From the NCBI GenBank assembly GCA_021371805.1, contig JAJFVM010000240.1, positions 1 through 40,418 of the forward strand: a stretch of DNA of 40,418 nt, given 5' to 3'. Below are positions 1 to 8,262 of this stretch, in pieces. A program made the translations under genes and the position numbers. Under the pieces are notes generated by a model, which saw nothing but the letters and a program-made list of their open reading frames with translations, had not been told where the DNA came from and ran no database searches. The DNA comes from a bacterium (GTDB lineage: Bacteria > Actinomycetota > Humimicrobiia > Humimicrobiales > Humimicrobiaceae). The first letter of the stretch is position 1. Every line of letters begins with the position of its first letter.

Positions 1-250
1 ATCCCGGGCCTATTTCTGCACAAGGATCGATTTCCGAACCGTTATAAAAAAGGTTTATCCTGCATAAGAACTCAGCAAGAAGTCTTAAACGCCATTTATA
101 AAGTTTGTGGTAACATCTGTAAGCTATTATTGCCTGGACTCCCGATTTCACGAGAAGTATCCTTAAAGCACCCCATATGGAAGGCCTGCCCTGGATTGTC
201 CCGTATTGGCTGAAAAGTTCTCCCACATCTCCTTTAATATTACCTTCCAT
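1..250 (-). CDS. cysE: serine O-acetyltransferase, N-terminal part (gene runs off the left edge of the window)
   Basis: Not in the supplied ORF track. My translation of the minus strand from ATG at 250..248 gives MEGNIKGDVGELFSQYGTIQGRPSIWGALRILLVKSGVQAIIAYRCYHKLYKWRLRLLAEFLCRINLFYNGSEIDPCAEIGPG, open to position 1. The pattern YR.aH.Ly...l.A..l....tG.eI.P.A.IG.G is typical of short-form serine acetyltransferases. Confidence 0.6.
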   Translation of the reverse strand, partial: MEGNIKGDVGELFSQYGTIQGRPSIWGALRILLVKSGVQAIIAYRCYHKLYKWRLRLLAEFLCRINLFYNGSEIDPCAEIGPG

Positions 251-471
251 AAATTAAAATCACCCGGGAAGCTATTTTTTTACTATAATAAATATTAAAA
301 GTACTTAAAAACTATTAATAATAAATAATATAAACTTAGATCATTAATTTTTAAAACTTTACTCCACTTATATAAAAAATTTGAAAGTTCAAGCTTAACT
401 TAAACTCCAAACATTTTAAACAAAATATAAGGATTCTCATATATAAAACGTATAACCTTTGATAATAAAGA

Positions 472-861
472 TTATTTTACAAACTTAAACAGCAGGTTGT
501 CGTAATCTTTTTTATAAAATAATTTAATATTTACATAAGGATAAAGTTCTCTTAGTTTTCTTATTTTCTTATTTTTCTTCGTAACAAGATTTTGATTCAA
601 TGTAGTAAGCTCAATAAACAAATCAATATCCGGCAAATAAAAATCCGGCGTAAAAGATAAAGTAGGAATTCCGTCGTTATCAAATTCAAGCGGAAAAGTT
701 TTTGGTTCATATTGCCAATTGATTTTATAGAAATCCAGTATTTTGGCAAATTCTTTTTCGCTTTCATTTGCAAAAATAATCTCATCAGCATTTATAATAT
801 TTGATACCGGAGTATTATTCTTATTAATGTTATCTATTACTGTTGGCATTTTAACATTCAT
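472..861 (-). CDS. conserved hypothetical protein, possible PD-(D/E)XK nuclease-like fold
   Basis: 129-aa ORF with stop TAA. The segment FTPDFYLPDIDLFIELT resembles the PD...(D/E)xK core of restriction-endonuclease-like proteins. The function is inference only. Confidence 0.5.
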   Translation of the reverse strand: MNVKMPTVIDNINKNNTPVSNIINADEIIFANESEKEFAKILDFYKINWQYEPKTFPLEFDNDGIPTLSFTPDFYLPDIDLFIELTTLNQNLVTKKNKKIRKLRELYPYVNIKLFYKKDYDNLLFKFVK

Positions 862-952
862 ATCCTTTTTCTTTTCTTTCTTTTATTTGACTTTTATTTT
901 TTTTATAAATAAAATTTTTTATTTCTTAATATCAATATTTTAAATTTTAACG

Positions 953-1459
953 CTAAAACCGGTCTTCTTTTGGATAACTGCTGTTCACATAATCATTTTG
1001 AATTAAAAAATTCTCAACATCTTTTTTAAGTTTGTTATAAACCTTTTCGAGTGCAATTCCAAAAACAGCCTGCCCGCTATTTAAAGTGTCAATAATTTCC
1101 TGATCTGAGTAACATGCATAGACCGTATTTCCATCTGAAATCAATGTAACTTTAAGAAAATCATCTCCCCCGTTTCCGGTCATTTCAAGATATTTTTTTG
1201 TTTTTCTTATTTTGTGAAGGCCCACTCCTGCATCCAAAAGATTTTTTACTACTTTTAGTTTTAATAAATCATTAAAACTGTACATCCTTTTGGTGCCATA
1301 ACCTAATGCCTGGTTAACTGAAGGACTTAAGAATTTTGTTCTGTCATAATAATCAAGTTATTTATAAGTAAGGCCAGTAATTTTGCAGACATCCTGAGAT
1401 TTGTAATAATTGGCAGAATTTTTCTGTTCTGTATTATTTTTAATTTTTAAATTTTTCAT
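953..1459 (-). pseudogene. MerR-family regulator (Rv1830-like) interrupted by a single in-frame TAA
   Basis: The track ORF 953..1285 lacks a DNA-binding domain. Translating upstream in the same frame from ATG 1459..1457 gives MKNLKIKNNTEQKNSANYYKSQDVCKITGLTYK-TAA(1360..1358)-LDYYDRTKFLSPSVNQALGYGTKRMYSFNDLLKLK... This is a typical MerR HTH (..tG.tyrQLdYw.r..l..Ps.......g..R.YsF.Dl..L). The stop sits where Gln (CAA) is expected. Total length is 507 nt, which is 169 codons in frame. Confidence 0.6.
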
Positions 1460-1481
1460 AATAAAACGCTAATTGCATCTT

Positions 1482-1505
1482 TATAATTACATTGTTGTAA
1501 TTATA
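1482..1505. promoter_or_regulatory. perfect 10-bp inverted repeat (TATAATTACA-ttgt-TGTAATTATA), candidate operator upstream of the MerR-like gene
   Basis: Arms 1482..1491 and 1496..1505 are exact reverse complements. The repeat lies 23-46 nt upstream of the ATG at 1459. MerR-type regulators bind dyad operators in their own promoters. The all-AT stem and absence of a U-tract argue against a terminator. Confidence 0.35.
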
Positions 1506-1576
1506 TTATTGAAATTATATAAATTTAAAGCAATTTAGTCAAATTTTAGTTAGAAATGATTAAAATAAAAATATTT

Positions 1577-2071
1577 TTATTTTATATCAAAATCTTCTGG
1601 GTTTGTATGATCGAGAAAATCCCGGAATTTTTCCACTTCTTCGTCGATGGTTGAGATTTCAAGTCCTGCATTTTCAATTACGTTCAAAGAAGCAAATATG
1701 GGACATTTGCTTCTGACAGCAATTGCTATGGCATCGGAAGGTCTTAAATCTATGTTTATCTCCTGGCTCTCATCTTTAGCCAGATTCAGGATTGCATAAA
1801 AAGTATTATCAATAATGTCGGAAATGCAAATATGATTTACTCTGACATTTAAACTGTCAAATATGTCTATTATTAAATCATGAGTCATGGGTCTTGGTGT
1901 TTTATAATGCACAAGCTCAAGAGCAATGGCATAAGCTTCAAAAGCCCCTATCCAGATAGGAAGAAATCTGTTGCCGGTTTCTTCTTTTAAAAGAATAATC
2001 GGCTTCTGAGAGGGAAATTCCATTCTTACCCCTTCAAGATTCATTTTTATCAAATCATCTTTATTGTTCAT
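1577..2071 (-). CDS. bifunctional nuclease family protein (DUF151)
   Basis: 164 aa. The motif PIWIGAFEAYAIALEL...PRPMTHDL is characteristic of the DUF151/BFN family. Confidence 0.75.
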   Translation of the reverse strand: MNNKDDLIKMNLEGVRMEFPSQKPIILLKEETGNRFLPIWIGAFEAYAIALELVHYKTPRPMTHDLIIDIFDSLNVRVNHICISDIIDNTFYAILNLAKDESQEINIDLRPSDAIAIAVRSKCPIFASLNVIENAGLEISTIDEEVEKFRDFLDHTNPEDFDIK

Positions 2072-2094
2072 AATGGTAAAATTTTATTAATATT

Positions 2095-2700
2095 TCATTT
2101 ATTTAAAGAAAACTTTAAAGATTCTATATCTCTTTTCACCCTATCAGTCCTTAACTCATAAATGGATTCCAGATTCCTGTATTTTTGTTTATAATCAAGA
2201 CCATATCCGACTACGTATTTTTCTTCTATATTAAATGCACAATATTTTATTTTTAAATTAGTGATTCTTCTAACAGCTCTGTCGATAAGTGTGCAAATCT
2301 CGATACTTTCCGGCTCTCTTGCTTTTAAGTTACGGATCAGATAGCTAAGTGTCAACCCGGTATCTATAATGTCTTCGACTATCAGAACATGCCTTCCCTC
2401 AATATTTTCATCCAGGTCCTTGGTAATTTTAACTAAACCTGAATCAGGTGTATTAAAACCATAAGAAGAAATACTCATAAAGTCGATAGAAAGAGGTAAA
2501 TCAATGTGTCTGATTAAATCCGTTAGAAAGATTACCGCACCGCGTAAAATACACACTATTAATAGTTCTTTACTTTCATAATCTAAGGTAATCTTATTTC
2601 CAAGTTCTTTAACTTTCCTTTGTATTTCTTCACCTGGAAATAAGATCCGCCCTAAAATTTCAGCAGTATTTATATTCTTTTGATTGCTTTTTTCAATCAA
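2095..2700 (-). CDS. hpt: hypoxanthine phosphoribosyltransferase
   Basis: 201 aa. PRPP-binding motif VLIVEDIIDTGLTLSYL, plus LIVCILRGAVIF and DFMSISSYG typical of Hpt. Confidence 0.9.
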   Translation of the reverse strand: MIEKSNQKNINTAEILGRILFPGEEIQRKVKELGNKITLDYESKELLIVCILRGAVIFLTDLIRHIDLPLSIDFMSISSYGFNTPDSGLVKITKDLDENIEGRHVLIVEDIIDTGLTLSYLIRNLKAREPESIEICTLIDRAVRRITNLKIKYCAFNIEEKYVVGYGLDYKQKYRNLESIYELRTDRVKRDIESLKFSLNK

Positions 2701-2714
2701 ATCTTTACTTCTTT

Positions 2715-3857
2715 TTAATAAATAACTCTGTCAGTTCCCTGAACCAGACCTATATATGTTGATCCCCTGTTAAACAATACATCATTACCTGCGCCATCTT
2801 TAAACTCCATGGGGTCCGTTATGCTTTTTCTTTCCCAGGTACCCTCTACAACATTACCGTCAAAAAAGAAAAATGCTTTCCCGCTTCCGGTTGTTCTGAC
2901 TATCATATGTCCGGCAGAATCACCGGAATTAGCAATGTCAGTAACCAAGGCTATTACATTATTAAACGATAATTGTTCATTGGATTCTCTGTCTATGTTA
3001 GGATTTCCTCCGATTGATTTTAAATATTTATTTTTACTTTTATCGTATTCGAAATCTGATGCAAAAGTTGCTGTTGAGAAATCAATCTTAATGTTTTCAG
3101 TAGTACCTATTTTATCATCAACTGCATCCAGCTTAAAGTTAAGTGGTGACTGTCCGCCTTCCAAAGAATAACCGTTTGTTTCAGCAGCTTCAGTTAATTT
3201 TTCAGTTGACGAATAAGCATTATGCGGTGCAACTCTTGAACTATCCCTCCATGCATCTTTGCCGTCTGAAATATTTGCCTGTATTGAACTTGCACCGGTG
3301 CCATCACCCAACGGAGTCAGAACATCCATATCCATATTCTCTATCAATTTATAACCTTCAGGATATGTACCCCAAAAAACATAAACCGGATCAAACATTC
3401 TTGCAAGTTCTGCATAATATTGTCGGGCACTTCTGATTGGCCCGATAACATCCACTTTGTTTGAAGAAAATACTCCTATCAACCTGGTTATACCGCCTTC
3501 ATCAACAACTTCCAGAACTACATCGGCTTTATTTAATCCGGATTGAGGTCTTGCTTCCGGAGCATTATTTATCATTATAGCAAATGGCCTTAAATTTGAA
3601 ACATCATCAGAAATTTCAAATCCGCTTAAAATATTAATATTACCTGTTATTTGCAGTTCAGATATTGTTTTTTTTGTAGTTCCAGTTGCTTGTGAGCCTT
3701 CAGCACCGGAAGTACTTGATTGTTCGACGTCTATTTTGCTTTCCGTAGTGGTACCTGTTCCTTTTTTACAGCCAGATAAAGCAAAAGACATAGTTATTGA
3801 AATTATAAGAAAAGAAATAACTATTATTTTTATAGCAGCAGCTTTTTTTAAACTCAA
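2715..3857 (-). CDS. DUF3048 domain lipoprotein (YerB-like)
   Basis: 380 aa. Signal peptide with lipobox ALSGC. Conserved MINNAPEARPQSGL..ADVV.E....GGITRL..VF and IGPIRSAR.YY as in DUF3048 proteins. Confidence 0.75.
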   Translation of the reverse strand: MSLKKAAAIKIIVISFLIISITMSFALSGCKKGTGTTTESKIDVEQSSTSGAEGSQATGTTKKTISELQITGNINILSGFEISDDVSNLRPFAIMINNAPEARPQSGLNKADVVLEVVDEGGITRLIGVFSSNKVDVIGPIRSARQYYAELARMFDPVYVFWGTYPEGYKLIENMDMDVLTPLGDGTGASSIQANISDGKDAWRDSSRVAPHNAYSSTEKLTEAAETNGYSLEGGQSPLNFKLDAVDDKIGTTENIKIDFSTATFASDFEYDKSKNKYLKSIGGNPNIDRESNEQLSFNNVIALVTDIANSGDSAGHMIVRTTGSGKAFFFFDGNVVEGTWERKSITDPMEFKDGAGNDVLFNRGSTYIGLVQGTDRVIY

Positions 3858-3883
3858 TTTAACAATCCTTCCGCATACTTATT

Positions 3884-5197
3884 TTAATAATTTAACTTTG
3901 GTTTAACAAAATTTTTAACTATTATAATTGTAAAAATTAAAAAATAAAATGATATGATTAAAATTAAAGGAACTCTAAGCTGATTTAGCTCATTTGTTTT
4001 TGAGATTTCCTGTATCATTACAGGAGATTTGATGCTGTCTTTTGAAATTAGATTGATTTCCTCAACTTTATCTTCGTTAACATAAATCACCATCTTTCCG
4101 TAACTGATTCCGGTTTCTATCGGGAACGAAATGTTATCCTGAATAATATAATTATAAAAAATTTTATCTTCTGAGTTGTTAATTAATAAGTTAAAGTCCT
4201 TTTCAGGATATAAATCAAAATATGCTGATGAATAATTATTCTTTGCGGCAGCTCTTGCGACAGGATATTTCGAGTCAATTATTTTTTTATTAATAAAATT
4301 ATCATAAACCCAGTTTATGAGCCTTAGGGAGTCATAATTTCTGCCATAAGATGAACTGTTTAATACAACCGAAATTAATTCGGTGCCGTTTTTATTTGAA
4401 TATGTAATCAAACAATACCCCGCATTGTCCGTATAACCGGTTTTAACTCCCTTTATATAATCATAATCAAGTAAAGTATTGGTATTATTTAACTCAATCT
4501 CTTTATTGTTTATATGTATATTTGTTTTTTTCAATGAAACAATTTCCCTGAATACATCATTTTTTAAGCAATAAGAAGTTATTTTTAAAAGATCTCTTGC
4601 TGTTGTTTTATGCGACGGGAAATTACTGTCAAGTCCGTTTGCGTTTTCAAATTTTGTGTTTAACGCTCCTATTTCTTTTGCTTTCCTGTTCATTAAACCA
4701 ACAAAATCTTCAACATCACCGGAAACATATTCTGCAAGCGCGACAGCGGCATTATTGGTTGATTCAATAAGCGCAGCCTTAAGCAAATCCATTAATGTAA
4801 TCTCATCACCCTTTTTAAATGATATGCGTGAATTATTTGATCCTGAAGCATTTTTTGAAATTTTTACTTTTTGATTTAAATCTTTAATATTCTCAATTGC
4901 TATAATTGCCGTTATTATTTTTGTTGTACTGGCCGGATACATCAATTTGTCGGGATTTTTTTCCCAGAAAATCTTTCCGCTATTATAATCCTGAATAATT
5001 GCCGATGTTGCAACTGTGTCTATCTGGTTTGACGGGACTATTCTGTAATTCGTTTCCGCATATATATTTGCAGCAGGAAACCAAAAATAAAGTATGAGGG
5101 AAAATAATAACAAAAAAACAACGAAAAAATTGATTTTTTTAAGTATTGCTTTAATAAAAGATTTATTCTGTATTTTATAGCGGTTTAAAAGTGTCAT
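3884..5197 (-). CDS. D-alanyl-D-alanine carboxypeptidase (S11, PBP5-type)
   Basis: 437 aa. SxxK (ASTTK), SxN (ESTNN) and KTG (KTGYT) motifs. N-terminal and C-terminal hydrophobic segments. Its start overlaps the upstream gene by 4 nt. Confidence 0.85.
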   Translation of the reverse strand: MTLLNRYKIQNKSFIKAILKKINFFVVFLLLFSLILYFWFPAANIYAETNYRIVPSNQIDTVATSAIIQDYNSGKIFWEKNPDKLMYPASTTKIITAIIAIENIKDLNQKVKISKNASGSNNSRISFKKGDEITLMDLLKAALIESTNNAAVALAEYVSGDVEDFVGLMNRKAKEIGALNTKFENANGLDSNFPSHKTTARDLLKITSYCLKNDVFREIVSLKKTNIHINNKEIELNNTNTLLDYDYIKGVKTGYTDNAGYCLITYSNKNGTELISVVLNSSSYGRNYDSLRLINWVYDNFINKKIIDSKYPVARAAAKNNYSSAYFDLYPEKDFNLLINNSEDKIFYNYIIQDNISFPIETGISYGKMVIYVNEDKVEEINLISKDSIKSPVMIQEISKTNELNQLRVPLILIISFYFLIFTIIIVKNFVKPKLNY

Positions 5198-5907
5198 TTA
5201 TATTTTTCCAGAAAAAGTCTGTCTTCTCTTTTCACCATAAGCGATCTGAATTTGGAAATAAGTTCTTCTAATTCTGATATAATTTCACTTGCTTTTTTAA
5301 ATGAGTCACTATTTCCGGACATCAATATCGGAAAAATAATTTGCTGTATGAACGAGGATTCCCTTGCGGAAAAATTCTCAAAAAACTTCAAATGCTTTGA
5401 ATGAACTCCGAATTTAGCAAATTCGATTACTATTTTTATGATTTCCATATCGCTGCTTCTTAAAAAATGCTGTCCGTCGATTTCTTCAAAACAAACGATG
5501 TTGTTTTCTACAAGTTCGTTTATAAAATTCTGGTCCAGTTTATGCTTCTGCATAAGTTCATAAACCGATATATATTCACTTTTGTAATTAATACCCGAAT
5601 CATATATGTCAAGCTTAAGTTGTTTGATAATATCTTTATCTTCCGTACTTAATTTAAAATCTATGGAGTTAATTTTTTCCTTTATAGCTTCGAGGGGAAG
5701 ATAATAATCCTTCTGCATTTTTAAAATAAAATTAATTTTCAGAATATCTTCCTTAGCAAAAATTCTATATCTGCTGGCAGTTCTTTTTGGCTCTATCAAT
5801 CCCCTTGATTCCAGAAATCTTATTTTGCTTGCAGATATATCCGGGTAAAATTTTTTGAATTTTTCAACAAGTTCGCTGATAGTTAAATAATTTTTTTTAG
5901 TTTTCAT
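5194..5907 (-). CDS. MerR-family transcriptional regulator (FtsR/Rv1828-like)
   Basis: 237 aa. N-terminal HTH LTISELVEKFKKFYPDISASKIRFLESRGLIEPKRTASRYRIF. Sits directly downstream of an FHA protein, as in actinobacterial garA-ftsR loci. Confidence 0.75.
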   Translation of the reverse strand: MKTKKNYLTISELVEKFKKFYPDISASKIRFLESRGLIEPKRTASRYRIFAKEDILKINFILKMQKDYYLPLEAIKEKINSIDFKLSTEDKDIIKQLKLDIYDSGINYKSEYISVYELMQKHKLDQNFINELVENNIVCFEEIDGQHFLRSSDMEIIKIVIEFAKFGVHSKHLKFFENFSARESSFIQQIIFPILMSGNSDSFKKASEIISELEELISKFRSLMVKREDRLFLEKYK

Positions 5908-5927
5908 TTAAATAATGGTTTTTCTGC

Positions 5928-6365
5928 TTATTCGAAATAAAAATAATAAAATACATATTTGCCTATCTGAATTTTATCACCATTTTCCAGTATTTTATTT
6001 TCAACCTGTTTTCCGTTTACATAAATTCCATTTAAACTTCCGAGATCAACTATTTTGTATATAATATCTGTTTTATCAATTTGAGCATGCTTTCTTGAAA
6101 CGGTTATATCATCTAAAAATATATCAGAATCAGTTTCCCTGCCTATTTTAAAACTTTCTTTGTTTATTAAAAATTTTTCTCCTACGTTAGGGCCTTTTAA
6201 TACAATCAAACCTCCTGTTTCCTTTGGAATTTCCTTCAAGCTTTCAAGAATTTCCAGTGGAATTTCCTCTTTTATTTCAATTCTTTGTTCTATGATTGAT
6301 TCAGTATTTTTTGATTTAAAATTATTATTTTTATCCTTAATTTCATTCATTTCTTTATTTTTCAA
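5928..6365 (-). CDS. FHA domain-containing protein (GarA/OdhI-like)
   Basis: 145 aa. FHA core FKIGRETDSDIFLDDITVSRKHAQI...DLGSLNGIYVNG, preceded by a charged low-complexity N-terminus. Confidence 0.85.
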   Translation of the reverse strand: MKNKEMNEIKDKNNNFKSKNTESIIEQRIEIKEEIPLEILESLKEIPKETGGLIVLKGPNVGEKFLINKESFKIGRETDSDIFLDDITVSRKHAQIDKTDIIYKIVDLGSLNGIYVNGKQVENKILENGDKIQIGKYVFYYFYFE

Positions 6366-6368
6366 AAC

Positions 6369-7856
6369 TTAAATTATTTTTTTTAAATCATTTATTTTAC
6401 TGACTATAAAATTTTTTAAATCATTAAAAAACTCTTTTTCCCGTGCTTCAACATAGCATCTTATCAAAGGTTCTGTTCCTGATGCTCTTATCAGGAGCCA
6501 GCTTTTATTCTCCAGTAATAATTTTACACCATCTTTAGTTAAAATTTCATTTATTTTTATATTATTAATGGTTGAATCTTTAAGGTTCTTAAAATATTCA
6601 ACGATAAAGCTCATTTTTTTGACGGGAACTTCCATATCGATTCTTTCATTGAAAAATCTTCCGAATTCTTTATAAATGTCATCAAGATATTCGGAAAGGG
6701 ATTTTCCGTTATTATTTATATTAAGATAGCTTTGAATTTCCAGAAGCAGCATATCTGCAAGAATACCGTCTTTTTCAGGAATATGTCCTAGTATGCTTAA
6801 GCCGCCGCTTTCTTCTCCGCCTATAATAACGTCTCCGTTTAACATTTCTCTTCCGATATGTTTAAATCCAACTGGTGTTTCTATTAAATTTATTTTATAT
6901 TTACTGCAAATTTCATCTATAAGATGAGTGGTTGCGACAGTTCTTACCACTTTATATGCACCGCCTTTTAAATTTTTTGAAGATGTTAGGTAGTATAATA
7001 TCATTGCAATCACATTATTGGGGCTTATATAAATACCATCCCTATCGATAATACCAAATCTGTCTGCATCTCCGTCAACTGCTATTCCGATATCAAAAGA
7101 ATTTTCCAGTAAATCTTTTTTCATTGCCTTAAGATTGTTTTCAGATGGATCCGGCAGCCTGCCTCCAAAAAAAGCGTCTCTGTAATTATTTAATACTTTT
7201 ATGTTAAGGTTTAAATCATCTTTGAGAATTTCAGGCAGAATTTTACTGCCTGCTCCGAACATTGTATCGACAATGATTTTTAAATCCGATTTTTTTATCA
7301 ATTCCGTATCTATTATTTTAAATAATTTTTCTTTATAAACAGAAAAGTCCGATACATAAACTATATTACTTAAAAAATCATTATAATTTATTAAAGACGG
7401 TATCTCCTTTCCGTTATTCATATAAAAGGAAAGATTTTTTTCTATTTCTCTTGTGACTGAATCACCGGCAGGTCCGCCATAATGAGGAATAAATTTAATA
7501 CCATTGTACTTTGGAGGGTTATGACTGGCGGTAATCATAATTGATCCATCAAGCCTTAAATCAAGAACCATAAATGCACTGACCGGGGTAGGTACGGATT
7601 CCTTTGATATAAAGATTTTTATTCCCATACTTGAAAGAGCATATCCTGCCTGCAGCGCAAAATCTTCTGATGAAAAACGATTATCATATCCGATAAATAT
7701 TCCTTTTTCTTTAAAACCATTATCGATCAGATATTTTCCTATTGCAAAGGTTATAAGTCTTACGTTTTCATAAGTAAATGAATCGGCTATAATATCTCTC
7801 CATCCATCTGTACCAAATTTTATTTTCTTTTCCATATTATTTAAACGATAAATCAA
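6369..7856 (-). CDS. phosphoglucomutase/phosphomannomutase (alpha-D-phosphohexomutase)
   Basis: 495 aa. Phosphoserine loop TASHNPPKYNGIKF, Mg loop DGDADR and sugar loop GEESGG. The true start may be the second Met, MEKKIKFGTDGWR, at 7835. Confidence 0.85.
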   Translation of the reverse strand: MIYRLNNMEKKIKFGTDGWRDIIADSFTYENVRLITFAIGKYLIDNGFKEKGIFIGYDNRFSSEDFALQAGYALSSMGIKIFISKESVPTPVSAFMVLDLRLDGSIMITASHNPPKYNGIKFIPHYGGPAGDSVTREIEKNLSFYMNNGKEIPSLINYNDFLSNIVYVSDFSVYKEKLFKIIDTELIKKSDLKIIVDTMFGAGSKILPEILKDDLNLNIKVLNNYRDAFFGGRLPDPSENNLKAMKKDLLENSFDIGIAVDGDADRFGIIDRDGIYISPNNVIAMILYYLTSSKNLKGGAYKVVRTVATTHLIDEICSKYKINLIETPVGFKHIGREMLNGDVIIGGEESGGLSILGHIPEKDGILADMLLLEIQSYLNINNNGKSLSEYLDDIYKEFGRFFNERIDMEVPVKKMSFIVEYFKNLKDSTINNIKINEILTKDGVKLLLENKSWLLIRASGTEPLIRCYVEAREKEFFNDLKNFIVSKINDLKKII

Positions 7857-7920
7857 AAGTGTTTTTTATAATTATTATAAATATTAAATTTTTTAATGGT
7901 ATATAACAAAGACGGTATAA

Positions 7921-8094
7921 CTGAAGTAAATTATTTATTCAAGTCGGGGCGAGAGGATTCGGTCTTTCGTCTCACTCCGTTCGCTGCAGAGCCGCGGACT
8001 CCTTCATTTCATTCAGTCCGTCCTTTCGAATCCTTTGTTTAAACATGCCACTGGCATCTTTAAACTCTTACTCCAAGCAACCTTCTTACTTCAG
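7921..8094 (-). other. GC-rich self-complementary element (candidate structured RNA or integration scar) containing a tRNA-Pro 3'-end copy
   Basis: Closing 9-bp inverted repeat at 7921..7929 (ctgaagtaa) and 8086..8094 (ttacttcag). Hairpin 8037..8065 has 7+5 bp around one G-G mismatch. A 7-bp stem pairs 8027..8033 with 7955..7961, and a 6-bp stem pairs 8015..8020 with 7995..8000. It is the only GC-rich intergenic tract in the window. Confidence 0.35.
7943..7961 (-). repeat. exact 19-nt direct repeat of the tRNA-Pro T-arm/acceptor 3' end (partner at 8102..8120)
   Basis: gtcggggcgagaggattcg occurs at 7943..7961 and again at 8102..8120 inside the tRNA-Pro gene. The sequences diverge immediately beyond the repeat. 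Confidence 0.9.
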
Positions 8095-8099
8095 AGTGT

Positions 8100-8178
<79 letters not shown>

Positions 8179-8262
8179 AAATTTTAAGCTAATTTTAAAT
8201 TAATAAAAATGATTAGTAAAGCCCCTTAGATGAAAAATAAAAAGCTTTGAATTTAATACAAA

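Noticed and set aside
1-290. GC-rich leftmost 290 nt with no ORF in the supplied track. I first suspected a structured RNA (RNase P RNA, T-box or riboswitch leader, group II intron domain V).
   Set aside because: No RNase P, tmRNA, T-box or domain V consensus could be matched. The minus strand translates cleanly from ATG 250 into a serine acetyltransferase N-terminus running off the window, so it is an ordinary truncated CDS.
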